Source of the DNA: Fibrobacterota bacterium
GTDB taxonomy: Bacteria; Fibrobacterota; Fibrobacteria; UBA5070
Assembly (NCBI GenBank): GCA_029557215.1
Contig: JAKPQQ010000116.1
Span: 10,103 to 74,102 of the forward strand
Direction of reading: 5' to 3'
DNA length: 64,000 nucleotides
The notes beneath the pieces are model-generated. The model ran no database searches. It was not told where the DNA came from and saw nothing but the letters and a program-made list of their open reading frames with translations. Each line of letters begins with the position of its first letter. Within the stretch, counting starts at the first letter, position 1. Positions 62,553 through 64,000 of this stretch are shown one piece after another. The translations under genes were made by a program, and so were the position numbers.

Positions 62553-63601
62553 ATGAGAAGATCATTCGCATTCCTCGCCGCGTTCGCGCTTGCCGTCGTC
62601 GGTACGATGACCGGTTGCGACGATGGGCCTCCAGCTCGTCCGATTCCGGATCCAATCCCATCGTCGGTGTCTGGAGCGACAGTTCCGAGTATTCCAAAAC
62701 AGTGCTGACCATCGGTGCGGATGGCTCGTACGTGCAGGTGGTCACGACATCGGTGGCCGGTGTTTCCAGCCAGCAGAAGACCACCGGCACCTGGACCGCG
62801 AATGGCGACGAGCTGTCGGTCGTGGCGAACAAGTTGGAAACCAGCGCGGATGGGACGAGTTGGTATCCGGTTTCGAACCAGCTTACCACCACCAAGGGGA
62901 CGTACTTGGTCTCCGGCCAGATCCTGAGTCTTACGATCGGGGGCCACGAGACGCGCTATGTGCAAGGCACCAGCGGTGTCGTGCCTGCCGAAGTGGTGGT
63001 CGCGCCGAGCTTCAGTCCCGGGACGGGGACCTACGCCACGGAACAGGTGGTGGAAATCATCCCGGCCAACGCCGGCGTCAAGATCTATTTCACGATCGAC
63101 GGAAGGCAGCCCACGCCGTCTTCGGGGGGCTTGTATACGGGTAAGATCTTGATCAGCTCCACCAAGACGATCAAGGCGATCGTGGTGAAGGGGTCCAAGA
63201 TCAGCCCGGTGGCATCGGCGACGATCACCATCAAGGCGGGCGAGGGCGGACCCGGTGGCGGTACGGACAACGCGCTGGTCGGAACCTGGAGCGCTTCCGT
63301 GCAAGGCTCGACTCTGGTCATGACGTTCAATTCCAACGGCACATACCAGGTCCTTGTGGATGATCCCTCGATCCCTGCGGATGAAGGACCTCGCTATGTC
63401 CGGACCTCCGGAACCTGGTCGACATCGGGAAAAATCCTTACCACGACGGAAACCAAGCTGGAATTCAGCGACAACAAGACCTCCTGGGAGTCGATTCCGG
63501 TGGAATCGGAACAGATCACCGGGGAATACGCGATTTCCGGCTCGACCCTGACCCTGACCGATGAAGAAGGCGAGACCGTTCGGTACGCGAAGGCGAACTG
63601 A
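62553..63601 (+). pseudogene. lipocalin-like / chitobiase-C-domain lipoprotein gene interrupted by a frameshift near 62625
   Basis: The signal and lipobox MRRSFAFLAAFALAVVGTMTGC lie in the frame of ORF 62484..62708. The mature protein (SSSSDSGSNPIVGVWSD...RYAKAN) lies in the frame of ORF 62249..63601. The frames meet at GAT GGG CC, and restoring one G would give ...GCDDGASSSSDSG. Confidence 0.6.
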
Positions 63602-63701
63602 TCGTCGAGCGTCGGGTCCGATTCCAGGGAACAGTCGAGGAAGACCCGAAATCGCAGACAAAACGAAACCCCGCGGCGTCGCTGCAGGGTCGCATGATCC
63701 A

Positions 63702-63727
63702 CGGGGCCCCGCAAGGCCCCGTTTTTT
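63702..63727 (+). terminator. rho-independent terminator
   Basis: CGGGGCC-CCGCAA-GGCCCCG followed by TTTTTT. An A-run on the other side means it may also serve the convergent minus-strand ORF ending at 63729. Confidence 0.65.
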
Positions 63728-64000
63728 GTCACCTCACCAGAACTCCGGGAGGGGTGACGGTGAACGCGTTGCCGTGGTGGTCCTTGAAGGAGACGTAGGG
63801 GTTCACGAGCTTCCAGGGCACGAAGACCTTGGCAGGGGTGAGGACTTGGATGAGAAGTCGTATTTCGATCGGAGCCGACCTCGCCGGCCAGTGGGCGTTC
63901 CCTCCTGCATGGCGTTGGTCATGCGCTTGACGCCGCCTCGAAAACGCCCTACCTTTTTTAAAGTCCAAGTCGTCCTCGCGAAATGGATCCTTTCCCCTTC

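Noticed and set aside
63729-63968. Minus-strand ORF whose last roughly 40 codons (VLTPAKVFVPWKLVNPYVSFKDHHGNAFTVTPPGVLVR) have strong coding-like GC3 bias.
   Set aside because: The upstream part is not protein-like and the start is unresolved, so the gene may be frameshifted or fragmentary. No family is recognised, so I did not call it as a feature.

Overview
High-GC bacterial chromosomal window. By eye it is about two-thirds G+C; I did not compute this. All six frames therefore carry long R/G/P-rich shadow ORFs. I called genes from protein-like sequence, family motifs, RBS and start/stop coupling. The ORF track prints GTG/TTG starts as M, so several true starts lie internal to the listed ORFs.

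Left part (1-24.9 kb): secreted plant-cell-wall enzymes interleaved with housekeeping genes. The enzymes are a PL11 rhamnogalacturonan lyase, two GH5 endoglucanases with CBMs, a CE6-like and an SGNH esterase, and an expansin-like protein. Several carry T9SS-like C-terminal tails. The housekeeping genes are tRNA-Leu(TAG), tig, ung, tkt, aroC, an aguB-like amidase and HAD phosphatases. This part also holds an AT-richer islet with vapBC and a roughly 1.5-kb non-coding stretch full of a dispersed hairpin repeat.

Centre (24,876-53,705, minus strand): the main result. This is a 28.8-kb, roughly 20-gene, translationally coupled phage-tail-like contractile injection system of the eCIS/Afp/PVC type.
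- Components: DUF4255 cap, two sheath paralogues (one giant), two gp19-like tubes, a LysM tube initiator, gpD plus gpV spike, gp25, gpJ, gpI, two fibre-like proteins, a tape-measure-like protein and an AAA+ ATPase.
- Effector: a 1155-aa DUF4157-HExxH protein with a putative C-terminal His-Me nuclease.
- Absent: capsid, terminase, integrase, lysis and T6SS membrane-complex genes.
- Unusual parts: a 661-aa C-terminally membrane-anchored protein inserted between the spike and gp25 genes, no PAAR gene, and AT-richer swapped-looking modules in the fibre and effector genes.

Right part (53.9-64 kb): a divergent 1225-aa Ig-repeat/FISUMP-domain surface protein, a HAD phosphatase, a GH74-like xyloglucanase and a frameshifted lipoprotein gene.

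Coordinates of CDS were frame-checked against the ORF track. Coordinates of RNA, hairpin and repeat features may be off by a few nt.
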